Source: a virus (lineage: Duplodnaviria > Caudoviricetes). From it: a stretch of 25,446 nt of DNA. The notes beneath the pieces were generated by a model. The model searched no databases, had not been told where the DNA came from, and worked only from the letters and a program-made list of their open reading frames with translations. The stretch's first letter is position 1. Each line of letters begins with the position of its first letter. Positions 1 through 8,421 of this stretch are shown here, piece after piece. A program made the position numbers and the translations under genes. Location: IMG/VR virus record IMGVR_UViG_3300027963_000311, positions 1 through 25,446 of that record, one strand, 5' to 3'.

Positions 1-129
1 ATATGCTGCCATAAGCAGTGCCATAAGCTTGCGCCCATAACTTGCCATGCCTACCTGGTCATTGCGACGTTGCGCGCGTTCGTACCACAATGACAATAAC
101 TGAAACTCGTATTCTTGCTGTGCATTCAT
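1..129 (-). CDS. Early hypothetical protein, 5' part only (runs off window): MNAQQEYEFQLLSLWYERAQRRNDQVGMASYGRKLMALLMAAY...
   Basis: Read manually; ATG at 129 preceded by SD TAAGGAG (taaggagtgatcaccATG); open to base 1. Not in ORF track. Confidence 0.75.
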   Translation of the reverse strand, partial: MNAQQEYEFQLLSLWYERAQRRNDQVGMASYGRKLMALLMAAY

Positions 130-141
130 GGTGATCACTCC

Positions 142-348
142 TTATTGCTTCACAATTGCTTCGATGATACCAAGCTCTTTACTGGTGACCTTGTATACCA
201 CGCCACCAATCATGTACCGTGCAAACACCACATTGCACGCAATCAATTTGCCGTAGTGTTCATTGATGGCAGTACGCACTGCCACATTACGGCCATTGGC
301 GTAAATCTCGTGTACCTTGCCATCGATCATAATCATAAACTTTGACAT
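142..348 (-). CDS. First early hypothetical protein (68 aa, MSKFMIMIDGK...)
   Basis: Frame of track ORF 142..450; start moved to ATG 348 with AGGA upstream, because the longer version would overlap the promoter at 390-418. Confidence 0.7.
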   Translation of the reverse strand: MSKFMIMIDGKVHEIYANGRNVAVRTAINEHYGKLIACNVVFARYMIGGVVYKVTSKELGIIEAIVKQ

Positions 349-389
349 GTTGTTCCTGCTTTCTGTGCTAGTGCGAATAACCTGCCATG

Positions 390-418
390 ATTGTACATCA
401 TTTTGATATACATTGCAA
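390..418 (-). promoter_or_regulatory. Sigma70-type early promoter TTGCAA-N17-TACAAT with overlapping palindromic operator-like site TGTATATCA-N3-TGATGTACA
   Basis: -35 at 418-413, -10 at 395-390, 17-nt spacer; imperfect inverted repeat at 392-412 shared with the promoter at 18256-18285. Confidence 0.75.
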
Positions 419-435
419 TAGGCAATTTTGGCGCA

Positions 436-473
436 ATAAACCCCAATCATGTGTACAGTAGATTGGGGTTTAT
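436..473. repeat. Perfect 13-bp inverted repeat with 12-nt loop
   Basis: ataaaccccaatc (436-448) / gattggggtttat (461-473). Confidence 0.9.
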
Positions 474-557
474 CTCGCGTATTAATTTTGGTACCACGCG
501 CGCCAGCTGTGCGATCAAAATCGTTATTTAGTGACTGCCTAGACTAGCAATCAGATT

Positions 558-610
558 GTAACACACAAACGCCACGCATGCAGTTTGCGTGGCGGTCCGT
601 GGCGTTTGTG
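558..610 (-). terminator. Probable terminator ending the late operon, with an alternative longer pairing
   Basis: Minus strand: cgccacgca-aactgca-tgcgtggcg followed by tttgtgtgtt; 598-610 is also a perfect 13-bp complement of 564-576. Lies just after the last tail gene. Confidence 0.55.
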
Positions 611-653
611 CGGCGCGTTGAAGTATGTTCGACAAATCGATTATAGCATAGGT

Positions 654-971
654 TTACTGTGGTGCAACAGGCCATGGTGGTGCAGTCCATTCAGTCACAT
701 TAATCTGTTCAGGATAATCACGCAATGCCTGGCGATATTCACGCCACTGTGTTACCTGTGCTGGTGTAAGTGGTGCATCTGGCAGTTGCGTGTAGTCTGA
801 TTCTAGTAATAACTCATTGCGATAATTTCGCACATCGCGCATTGCCTGCTCTTGATCTGGCGAATCCACAATATAACTATCAGCTGGTGGCGTATCGTAG
901 TAGGTGCCAAATTCATCACAATACCGTGTGGTGATTTGTGGCACACTGATAAATAATCGATAAATAATCAT
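654..971 (-). CDS. Phage tail (fibre) assembly chaperone protein
   Basis: Motif R.YRNELLLESDYTQLPDAP....WREYRQALRD.P typical of the Phage_tail_APC family; last gene of the tail module. Confidence 0.85.
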   Translation of the reverse strand: MIIYRLFISVPQITTRYCDEFGTYYDTPPADSYIVDSPDQEQAMRDVRNYRNELLLESDYTQLPDAPLTPAQVTQWREYRQALRDYPEQINVTEWTAPPWPVAPQ

Positions 972-1450
972 GTTTGGCTTCCTGTCATTTGCACAATGTG
1001 CAGTATAGGTGATTCATTATTTGTGCCATCTGCAGCCACATTGATATTTACATTTGATGATGGAATGACGCGAATCTGCAATACATCACCACTTGCAAAA
1101 TATCGAATCATTGTGGCCACATGGTAATTGATTGTGGTAAATGAATATCCGAAATACCCAATGTTGACGGTATTGATGACGCGCTGTGTAAATAGCGTTA
1201 CATTGCCAGACGTTTGCAGAAACACCTGTATGCCGTAATAGCCTGCTGTTGGTATGGTTATATCTGTAGTACTCCAAGTAAATCCATTATTGCGCGTTTC
1301 AGTTTGCCATGTAATCAGCGTGCCAGCAGTGGTAATTGCCTGTGATGCTGATCGTGTAAGCGTAATACAGGCACCTGCAGTTTCTACGCGCTGCAAATCC
1401 TGAATTTCGCTTATTACACTTGCAAGGTTATTGGTTATTAAGTTTGACAT
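968..1450 (-). CDS. Tail-tip / receptor-binding protein, beta-sandwich (C1q-like)
   Basis: Short N-terminal coil then ITIPTAGYY.I and F.SGDVLQI motifs typical of C1q-like tail domains; position before chaperone. Confidence 0.6.
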   Translation of the reverse strand: MSNLITNNLASVISEIQDLQRVETAGACITLTRSASQAITTAGTLITWQTETRNNGFTWSTTDITIPTAGYYGIQVFLQTSGNVTLFTQRVINTVNIGYFGYSFTTINYHVATMIRYFASGDVLQIRVIPSSNVNINVAADGTNNESPILHIVQMTGSQT

Positions 1451-2528
1451 TTACCGATTCACTCCCATCATTATCAAACTTTAATTCTATGCCCTGCACC
1501 TTTTGCGTTATTAGCGTGCCATTATCATTGATGCTAACCAAATCACCAAAAAAGTAATCACGGCCATACTTCAATGCCGCGTTTTGTGTAAGCTTGGCTG
1601 TGTAACTGGTGCGTTTTTTTGTTTGTAATGCTAGTGCGCTATCACCCATACTATTGTAATTAGCAGTGGTGGTACCAGCTCCCTGATTGCGTGCATCTAT
1701 GAAGTTTTCTCGATTAGATAACCCTGTACTAAGTGATGCAGGCCTGCTGTACATGGCACGTGCTAGTGATTCGCCACTGCCACCTAAAATAACATTGGTA
1801 AAATCTTGCAGTCTATCAGTGATTACTTGCAATTCTGCAATAGTGCCAGTGGCCACTGATAGAATTACCGTACTACTTCGATTGGTGCCACGTTGCCCTA
1901 AATACCACGTAAATGTGTACGTGGCTGGTGCAGTCCAGACCATATCAAAATCACCACCATTGCCTACAGCCACCTTCTGCATAGCATCTAAAAGATTTTG
2001 CATACTACAGGCAATGCTCACATTACTACCACCACCAGCACTGGCAGCAGTGGTCATGCCAGTTGTGCTGCCATTAATGATGCGTTGTGACGTGGTGCCA
2101 GTTACTGCCAAGGCCGTGCAATTGTAATTGAACAATGTTTTTAGTACGGTTTCAGCAGGCACTGCAGCAAATATACTTCTGTTTGCTACGTTGGCACGAT
2201 ATGCGACCAATCGATCAGCTAGCAGTGCCGTCATCGATACGGCCGTAATTTGGTAAATTGTTTGCGTGCTGACAATTCGCACAATCTTGCGAATCATGCC
2301 TGCAAATTCAACACTTGCAGATATGCCTTGTGCGCTGTCTTGACGCGTTACTGACACAATATACCCATATTGCAAATACTGTGCGTTAGGTGACGTGCTA
2401 GCCATGCTAAACGCCAAGCCGTCAATAGCGTTTACCTGCCTGCTGATTTGTAATTGCATATAATCCGTGGCTATGGTTTGAATTACGCCACTGGCATTGT
2501 AAATAGCCATCGTATAAAGTAGTGCCAT
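1428..2528 (-). CDS. Minor tail / baseplate hub protein (siphovirus ReqiPepy6 Gp37-like)
   Basis: Motifs NVILGGSGE..AR, RE.FIDAR and KYGRDYFFGDLVSI; position in baseplate cluster. Confidence 0.8.
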   Translation of the reverse strand: MALLYTMAIYNASGVIQTIATDYMQLQISRQVNAIDGLAFSMASTSPNAQYLQYGYIVSVTRQDSAQGISASVEFAGMIRKIVRIVSTQTIYQITAVSMTALLADRLVAYRANVANRSIFAAVPAETVLKTLFNYNCTALAVTGTTSQRIINGSTTGMTTAASAGGGSNVSIACSMQNLLDAMQKVAVGNGGDFDMVWTAPATYTFTWYLGQRGTNRSSTVILSVATGTIAELQVITDRLQDFTNVILGGSGESLARAMYSRPASLSTGLSNRENFIDARNQGAGTTTANYNSMGDSALALQTKKRTSYTAKLTQNAALKYGRDYFFGDLVSINDNGTLITQKVQGIELKFDNDGSESVNVKLNNQ

Positions 2529-3446
2529 TTAAATGCGCTTCACACTAATAATGCAGTTTGATACTGTTTGCCCTGTAACGCTTGACCATGCCTTTACATT
2601 TGTTGCCACACTACTGCCAGCAGTGACTGATAGGAAGCTTGAATGCGTGGCAGCAAATGTTGATCCGGTGGCAAACAGTGCTGCAGATTGTGGTGGATAA
2701 ATGATTAAATTATCCATGGTAATGCGACGATTTCCTGTAGCACCTGCACTATATTGCACCTGTACCGAAAATAGATAATACCCACTTGTTAAAATGGTAA
2801 TGGTTCCTGATGGCGTATCCATTGATATAGTGCCATCAGCACTATTAGTTGATGATGTGAAGCTGCCAATTTGATAATCAGTATTTGCCGCAGTTAATGC
2901 AGCAGTTCCGCCACTCATGGTGGCATAAATTGCTGGTGCCAATTGTCGTGTGGTGGCGTATGTATAGTATGACGCAATCGCACTTACAAGGCCAGATGCC
3001 ACGGTAACCGTGCCAAGCGTAATATATGGCTGTGCAGCAGTGGTTAATTGTGCACTGGTGGCAAGTGCCAGCCGTGTGGTTTTGGTGGCAATGGTTGTGC
3101 CTGCCACTGATCGCGTTACGGTGACACTTGCGCCAGACTCATTTGCCAGGATAACTAAATTATAGGTACCATTCGCCACCACTCCCACTGCAATACTGGC
3201 ACTGCTGGTATTCTCGTACAAATAGCCACCCGTAACAGTAGTGGTTCCTGTGGCCACCACTGCACTGCCATCTGCAATTGATAGCGTGGCAGTGCCTGTA
3301 CCTGATTGTGCCAAATAGCTGCCTTGTAACAACACTCCGATACCTAACGTTTTTGCTTCGATTACCGTCATGCGTGACGAATCATAGCCTGCTGCAGGGC
3401 CATCACCCGTGCCAGTGGTGGCATACCCAATTGATTGTTCAGCCAT
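2529..3446 (-). CDS. Minor tail / upper baseplate or receptor-binding protein
   Basis: Thr/Ser/Ala-rich; N-terminal LSIADGSAVV...GYLYEN motif and C-terminal beta-sandwich (ITILTSGYYLF); lies between Dit and hub genes. Confidence 0.65.
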   Translation of the reverse strand: MAEQSIGYATTGTGDGPAAGYDSSRMTVIEAKTLGIGVLLQGSYLAQSGTGTATLSIADGSAVVATGTTTVTGGYLYENTSSASIAVGVVANGTYNLVILANESGASVTVTRSVAGTTIATKTTRLALATSAQLTTAAQPYITLGTVTVASGLVSAIASYYTYATTRQLAPAIYATMSGGTAALTAANTDYQIGSFTSSTNSADGTISMDTPSGTITILTSGYYLFSVQVQYSAGATGNRRITMDNLIIYPPQSAALFATGSTFAATHSSFLSVTAGSSVATNVKAWSSVTGQTVSNCIISVKRI

Positions 3447-3451
3447 GGTGG

Positions 3452-4354
3452 TTATACTCCTATAAATCGATCATTGTACGTAAGCGTTACTGCACTAGCA
3501 CTGGTGCCAGCCGTGGCAGTAATTTGAATGTTATTCACGCCGCCAATAATTTGTGGCATTGGTGCCAGATTAAACGTGGCCAGATTTGATGCAGCACTGA
3601 TGTTTGCCAATTGATTTGCGCCTGTTTGATCTACTACTGTTTTATATCCATAGCGTAAATCAAACGTATATGTGGTGCCAGCCGCAATGTTTACAGTTAC
3701 CGTGATTGTATCACCCGTGCTGGTGTTCTGAATGATTAAACTATTCAACGGCCCTACTGCCACAATGTTTGGATATGAATTCCACGTGCCAGTATATGAC
3801 ACTTGCGTATTTACATTGACCGTGCCACTTGCGCCATAGGTCACTGGATATACTCGCGGTATTGGTGTAGGAGTGCCAAGAATTGCAGGTGTACCAGCAA
3901 TAACGTTTTGTGCAGGATTGTACCAGGTAGGATCATCTGCACGCATCTGCACAATTGTTTTTACACTATAGCCTGATTTACTATCAACATCAAGTGACAA
4001 ACCACCTAATATTTTTGTGGCAATGGCACGCTGTGTACCATCAGGCCGTGTAATCGTGAGTGTGCCAACCACGTTTGATGGTGAAAATATTGCTAGTAAC
4101 TTATCTCGAATTGCATAATGGTCTGTAATGTTGGTGGCAGTAATGATTAATGGCAATTGTAATACACGCGGATCGAGGCGAAAATCAATATCCGAATCAC
4201 CTTGTTGCAGCGACCCGCGTTGTGTAATTCGGTGTAGTGGTGCCATGCCAAATCCTAAATCACCCATATACCCAAACGTAAGACCTGACACCACATCATA
4301 GCCATTGAGTGTATATGTAGTGCCCTGTATGCTGTATGTAAGTGCGTATGCCAC
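3452..4354 (-). CDS. Distal tail protein (Dit)
   Basis: Directly after tape measure; PRVLQLPL, RADDPTWY, YTGT....P.I...GP, L.P...G.NNI and terminal Y..RF.GV motifs. Confidence 0.85.
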   Translation of the reverse strand: MAYALTYSIQGTTYTLNGYDVVSGLTFGYMGDLGFGMAPLHRITQRGSLQQGDSDIDFRLDPRVLQLPLIITATNITDHYAIRDKLLAIFSPSNVVGTLTITRPDGTQRAIATKILGGLSLDVDSKSGYSVKTIVQMRADDPTWYNPAQNVIAGTPAILGTPTPIPRVYPVTYGASGTVNVNTQVSYTGTWNSYPNIVAVGPLNSLIIQNTSTGDTITVTVNIAAGTTYTFDLRYGYKTVVDQTGANQLANISAASNLATFNLAPMPQIIGGVNNIQITATAGTSASAVTLTYNDRFIGV

Positions 4355-6210
4355 TATATACCACCTGCTAATATTTGCATGGCATTGAAATCTGCCATGA
4401 TACTTGATTCACTTTGATTTGTATTATACGTGGCTGATAGCTGGTAATAATTCTGCACTGTTGCCTGTGCTGCATTCACCCCACTGCCTAGTGTGGCATT
4501 CATTGCGTTTGTTACGTCTGGCAATCCTGCCATAATGCCTGCTGCCATGCCTTGTGAAATAGGTCTGCCCACAAGATTGGCAAACACCTTTGATGGTGAT
4601 GCAATTCCGAGTAATTTCATGGCCGCATCAAGTGCACCTTGTGCAACCTTTTTGGCGGCATCGGTAATTGCATCGATGCCGTTGCTAATGCCATGTGCAA
4701 TGCCATCTGCAATGCTTTTTCCAACGGCCGTGGCCTGTGAAACAATCGACGATACAAGGCCGCCAATCTTGGCTGATACATCTATCACAAATGTATTGAT
4801 GGCCGTTTGTACTGTAGTAACAAATGTATTAATTGCTGTTTGAATGGTTAACCACGCGCCTGCAAAATCACCTTTTAAGAGTAGGCTAATTGCAGACAAT
4901 GCGCCAATAATCAGTGCCTGCCATGGCGTGATTATTGCCATCATGCCACTAATAACAATCTGAATATATGGCCATAAGAATTGAAACGCCTGCATTAATC
5001 CCTTTACCTGCATTGCCATACCGTTTATTGCCAGTGATACCACGCTAATCAGAATATCTCCCAACAAAATAAATACAGTGACAATGTTTTGTATGTAGCC
5101 TTGTGTTTGTGGTGATGCCAGTTGTTTTGCAATCACATTGTATAGTGCTGACAATGCAGGCTCTGCCACTGCATACAGATTACCAATGGCACTGGTAATT
5201 GGTGCAATGGCTGCCATAAATGAATTAAACCCTGTTTGCAACGATTTCAGTGTATTTTGCCAGTCAATGCCAGATACAAATTTATCTGATGATAAATATA
5301 ATTTATCAATAGCAGATATGATGCCTGGCCAGTCAATTCCAGAAATAAAGTTTGCAAATTGCGTAACTAAATCACCAATGATTGGCACTAATACTTCACT
5401 TGCATAACTTCCAAAACGCACCAGTACTGGCAGCAGTGCCTCGCCTAACGTCTGCTGAATATCTGCAAACTGTGCTGCCAGCACTGCCTGCTGTCCTGCA
5501 TAGGTATCAACAGCAGCAGCAGCACTGCCGCCAAATTCCTTGCCTAGTTCACCTAAAATAACCTGCTGTGCACCAGCCACATTGCCTGTTTCGACCATGG
5601 TTTTAATCATGGCCTTTTGGTCATCAGTAAACGACACACCCACACGCGACAATGCACTAATGCCTGCTATAGGATCGTTCAGGGCCTTACCTACTTGCAG
5701 TGCTGATGATTGCAGATCAGTACCCATGGCCTGTGAAATATCTGCAATAGCTTGCGTGGCATCGCCAAAATTTGCGCCTTTAATTTGCGTGAATGTAGCT
5801 AAAACATTTTCAGCACCTAAAATTGCATCATCAGAAAAAATGCTATTGCCACTGCTGGCACTCATGGCACCAGCCATATCTGCCATTTGCTTTGCAGTGA
5901 GGCCAGCTGCCATGCCAGTGGATTTCACCACTGCTTCAGTCTGTGCAAATATAGATTGGAATTCGCTTGCTTCTACAATGCTGCCTGATATGAAATCAGT
6001 CATCTTTGAAAATGCTGCACCTGCCAGATTAACTGCTGCACCACCAATGGCATGAAATGCACCAGTGGCAATAGATTGCAGCGCGCCAAAACCCTTGCCC
6101 GCTGTTTTGGTGGCACCGCCAACGTTTTCCACGCTGCTCGTAACTGCAGCAGCCACTGGCGTTACATCATCTTCACCTAAGAAACGAATTAGTACAGTGG
6201 TATCACTCAT
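4354..6210 (-). CDS. Tail tape measure protein (618 aa)
   Basis: Long Ala/Ile/Gly-rich helical protein; LGIASPSKVF motif near C-terminus; follows tail assembly chaperones. Confidence 0.93.
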   Translation of the reverse strand: MSDTTVLIRFLGEDDVTPVAAAVTSSVENVGGATKTAGKGFGALQSIATGAFHAIGGAAVNLAGAAFSKMTDFISGSIVEASEFQSIFAQTEAVVKSTGMAAGLTAKQMADMAGAMSASSGNSIFSDDAILGAENVLATFTQIKGANFGDATQAIADISQAMGTDLQSSALQVGKALNDPIAGISALSRVGVSFTDDQKAMIKTMVETGNVAGAQQVILGELGKEFGGSAAAAVDTYAGQQAVLAAQFADIQQTLGEALLPVLVRFGSYASEVLVPIIGDLVTQFANFISGIDWPGIISAIDKLYLSSDKFVSGIDWQNTLKSLQTGFNSFMAAIAPITSAIGNLYAVAEPALSALYNVIAKQLASPQTQGYIQNIVTVFILLGDILISVVSLAINGMAMQVKGLMQAFQFLWPYIQIVISGMMAIITPWQALIIGALSAISLLLKGDFAGAWLTIQTAINTFVTTVQTAINTFVIDVSAKIGGLVSSIVSQATAVGKSIADGIAHGISNGIDAITDAAKKVAQGALDAAMKLLGIASPSKVFANLVGRPISQGMAAGIMAGLPDVTNAMNATLGSGVNAAQATVQNYYQLSATYNTNQSESSIMADFNAMQILAGGI

Positions 6211-6392
6211 TTTTTCTTTGCCTTGTGTTCGTTCACTTCAGATTCAATGGCCATCAGTGCCAGGTGTTCAGAGATGATTTGCCAGTCTGGCAGGTTTGCT
6301 GGTGTGCAGTGATATATATCACGACACAATATCAATTCCAAATATTCAATAGGCATTGGTGCTTTGGTCCATAGGTGTGCACGCAATGCCAT
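6207..6392 (-). CDS. Tail assembly chaperone, C-terminal (gpT-like) segment reached by -1 frameshift
   Basis: In the -1 frame relative to the upstream chaperone; ends overlapping the tape measure start; contains YHCTP..L motif. Confidence 0.75.
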   Translation of the reverse strand: MALRAHLWTKAPMPIEYLELILCRDIYHCTPANLPDWQIISEHLALMAIESEVNEHKAKKK

Positions 6393-6394
6393 TG

Positions 6395-6610
6395 CTATTT
6401 TGGGTTTGTTTCACCTGATACACGACTCACAATAGCACTAATGATTTGCGCCAAATGACTAGCAGGCAAATCTTCAGCCTTGCGGCCGTCATCTACCATT
6501 ACACACTTATTCATGATTGGTAGCAGTGCATCTAAATCATTCCCCTGGCCAGCCTTCACAAGGTTTGCCACATCACGAATAGTTAGTTTACTTGCATCGA
6601 TGCTGTACAT
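6395..6610 (-). CDS. Tail assembly chaperone (gpG-like)
   Basis: Between major tail and tape measure genes; ends in slippery heptamer C CCA AAA then TAG; AGGAG upstream of start. Confidence 0.8.
   Translation of the reverse strand: MYSIDASKLTIRDVANLVKAGQGNDLDALLPIMNKCVMVDDGRKAEDLPASHLAQIISAIVSRVSGETNPK
6398..6404 (-). other. -1 programmed ribosomal frameshift site C CCA AAA
   Basis: X XXY YYZ heptamer in frame just before the stop; -1 frame continues ATA GCA ATG GCA TTG into 6207..6392. Confidence 0.8.
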
Positions 6611-6637
6611 ATGTTTGTTGTTCTCCTATAGTCGTAT

Positions 6638-6663
6638 GTGGCATGGTGCCAGCCACGCCACAC
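6638..6663 (-). promoter_or_regulatory. RNA hairpin after major tail gene (attenuator or mRNA-stabilising; no U-tract)
   Basis: Minus strand tgtggcgtgg-ctggca-ccatgccaca; the single mismatch is a G-U pair only on the minus-strand RNA. Confidence 0.55.
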
Positions 6664-6679
6664 TACTGTGCATTGAGTA

Positions 6680-7126
6680 TTAAACCGTGTGAGTAATGCT
6701 GGCACATCGTAACGTGAATGAACACATGATAGGGCCTGCACTTGATGCATCAATAGCAGGTAAATCAATTGCCGTAATTTGGCCAGCACTGGTAGCATAC
6801 GAATCTGCACCAGCAGCGGCACCAGCTGGTATCCATTTGAGTGCAATCAACGTACCATTTTCAAATGCCGTCAACATGATGCTGTAGCCTTCAGTAAGAG
6901 ATTCGGTATACAACACATTTACCACTACTTCTAATGGTTCGTTTTTGCCAACCGTTAGCACTGCATAGCTACCATCAAACGTGTATGCTTCGCCAGTAAC
7001 TTTGGTAAGTGTGACCACGTCTACTGATTGGCTGCTTCCTGAAATATCCGTGAATGCACCGCTGCCACCCGTTTGGTAGCTAATGGTGGCGGCCGCTCCT
7101 GACATTGCGCCTGTGGTTTGTGCCAT
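6680..7126 (-). CDS. Major tail (tube) protein
   Basis: 148 aa beta-rich; position between tail terminator and chaperones; AAGGAG SD. Confidence 0.8.
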   Translation of the reverse strand: MAQTTGAMSGAAATISYQTGGSGAFTDISGSSQSVDVVTLTKVTGEAYTFDGSYAVLTVGKNEPLEVVVNVLYTESLTEGYSIMLTAFENGTLIALKWIPAGAAAGADSYATSAGQITAIDLPAIDASSAGPIMCSFTLRCASITHTV

Positions 7127-7141
7127 GGCTGGTAATCTCCT

Positions 7142-7597
7142 TTACTGCACAATCTCAACAAATGTGAGTGTGCAAATTACTCCGTGATAGTTTCGACCTG
7201 ATCCTGTAACAAACTCAATTACCTGTGCACGTTGCGTAAGTAATGTGAGTGTGTATGTTTGACCTGATAGCTGGCGTGCCTGTTCAATGTATGCTGCCAT
7301 GTATGCCTGGTACACTGCTGCAATATCCGTTAACCCCAACCCCATGCCTACTGCACGCAATAAACAGGTGTCTGTAATTGTCCATTCGGTATTCATTACG
7401 TGGCCAGCACCACCCAATGTTTGTACTTTGGTTCGCTGTGATGTCATGCCAACCGGTGACACAATCCGCGTTGGCAAATCACCAATTTCTTCACTATCTT
7501 TTAGTGTAGTGCCTGATCGCACCAGCACTGTAGTACCTGATAGCTGTACATTGAGTGATGTAATAGCAGTGATGATTGCACTAATGTTACTGGCCAT
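7142..7597 (-). CDS. Tail terminator / tail completion protein
   Basis: Size, position before tail tube gene, C-terminal beta strands (YHGVICTLTFVE). Confidence 0.6.
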   Translation of the reverse strand: MASNISAIITAITSLNVQLSGTTVLVRSGTTLKDSEEIGDLPTRIVSPVGMTSQRTKVQTLGGAGHVMNTEWTITDTCLLRAVGMGLGLTDIAAVYQAYMAAYIEQARQLSGQTYTLTLLTQRAQVIEFVTGSGRNYHGVICTLTFVEIVQ

Positions 7598-8193
7598 TAG
7601 CTACGCTTCCTGTAGGGTTCGAGTGTCTGCTGCACGTCTGTGGGTATGCGTGGTGCCTGCAGGATAACGCCATCTGATGAGAGAATAGCGCGGTCACTAT
7701 CAGGAGTGCCTTCGCGTGCACGATAAATAAAACTGCCTAGACGCAAACACGCTGCCACAATATCAGATGGTGGCGTAATCGAGTAGGCAAACCTACCAGT
7801 AATGGCAATGGCAATATCAGGAGTGCCAGTATAGGTCCAGATATAGCTGGTATTCATCTGAATCTTAATGGCATATGCTGGCGTGTAATTGGCAGGCAAC
7901 AGTACCACCACACTGCCTGGCACGGTTTGACCATTGCCATTCACAATCGTTGTTAGCTGGCACAAATCGTAATCCAGCATTAGTGTATTGTTCATAGCGT
8001 CAACGTTGCCACCATACCGAAAATCAAGTGCATTGTAATACCGTGTGGTATCTGCAGGGCATTCAAAAATTCGATTGGTGTACGTTTCTACCATCGATTG
8101 TGCACGCGTGGCAGCATATCCAAGTTGGGTATCATCACTGGTACTGGTGGCACCAATGTATGATCGTAAATCTGCTGTACTGATATATGCCAT
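7597..8193 (-). CDS. Head-tail adaptor (connector) protein
   Basis: N-terminal AY.STADLRSYIG....DDTQL, ETYTNR.F, TRYY, P.DIVAACL and terminal LEPYR motifs typical of gp6/gp15-like adaptors. Confidence 0.88.
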   Translation of the reverse strand: MAYISTADLRSYIGATSTSDDTQLGYAATRAQSMVETYTNRIFECPADTTRYYNALDFRYGGNVDAMNNTLMLDYDLCQLTTIVNGNGQTVPGSVVVLLPANYTPAYAIKIQMNTSYIWTYTGTPDIAIAITGRFAYSITPPSDIVAACLRLGSFIYRAREGTPDSDRAILSSDGVILQAPRIPTDVQQTLEPYRKRS

Positions 8194-8199
8194 AGTGGT

Positions 8200-8409
8200 T
8201 TATTCCTTTGGCAGACGTTTTACCCGTCGTGGTGCCTGCTCTTGTGGTACATCGATAGCTGGCACGTCATCTGGTACTAACACTGCACGATTGGTGGCAA
8301 TCAGTCTGGTGCCTTCACTGGTGGTGACGTCGATAACATCACCACCAGTGTGTACCACCATGCGTGTGCCTACCATTCGTGCAAGGCTGTTATGAAGCTT
8401 TACACGCAT
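8200..8409 (-). CDS. Small hypothetical protein following the capsid gene
   Basis: 69 aa, GDVIDV...EG.RLI....A motif with basic tail, common downstream of capsid genes; AGGAG SD. Confidence 0.7.
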   Translation of the reverse strand: MRVKLHNSLARMVGTRMVVHTGGDVIDVTTSEGTRLIATNRAVLVPDDVPAIDVPQEQAPRRVKRLPKE

Positions 8410-8421
8410 ATAGTATTACTC

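Noticed and set aside
1-129. Exact circular closure of the window
   Set aside because: No terminal repeat seen and a direct join does not keep the two partial ORFs in one frame.
654-3446. Diversity-generating retroelement or invertible tail-fibre cassette
   Set aside because: No reverse transcriptase, recombinase or template/variable repeat pair visible.
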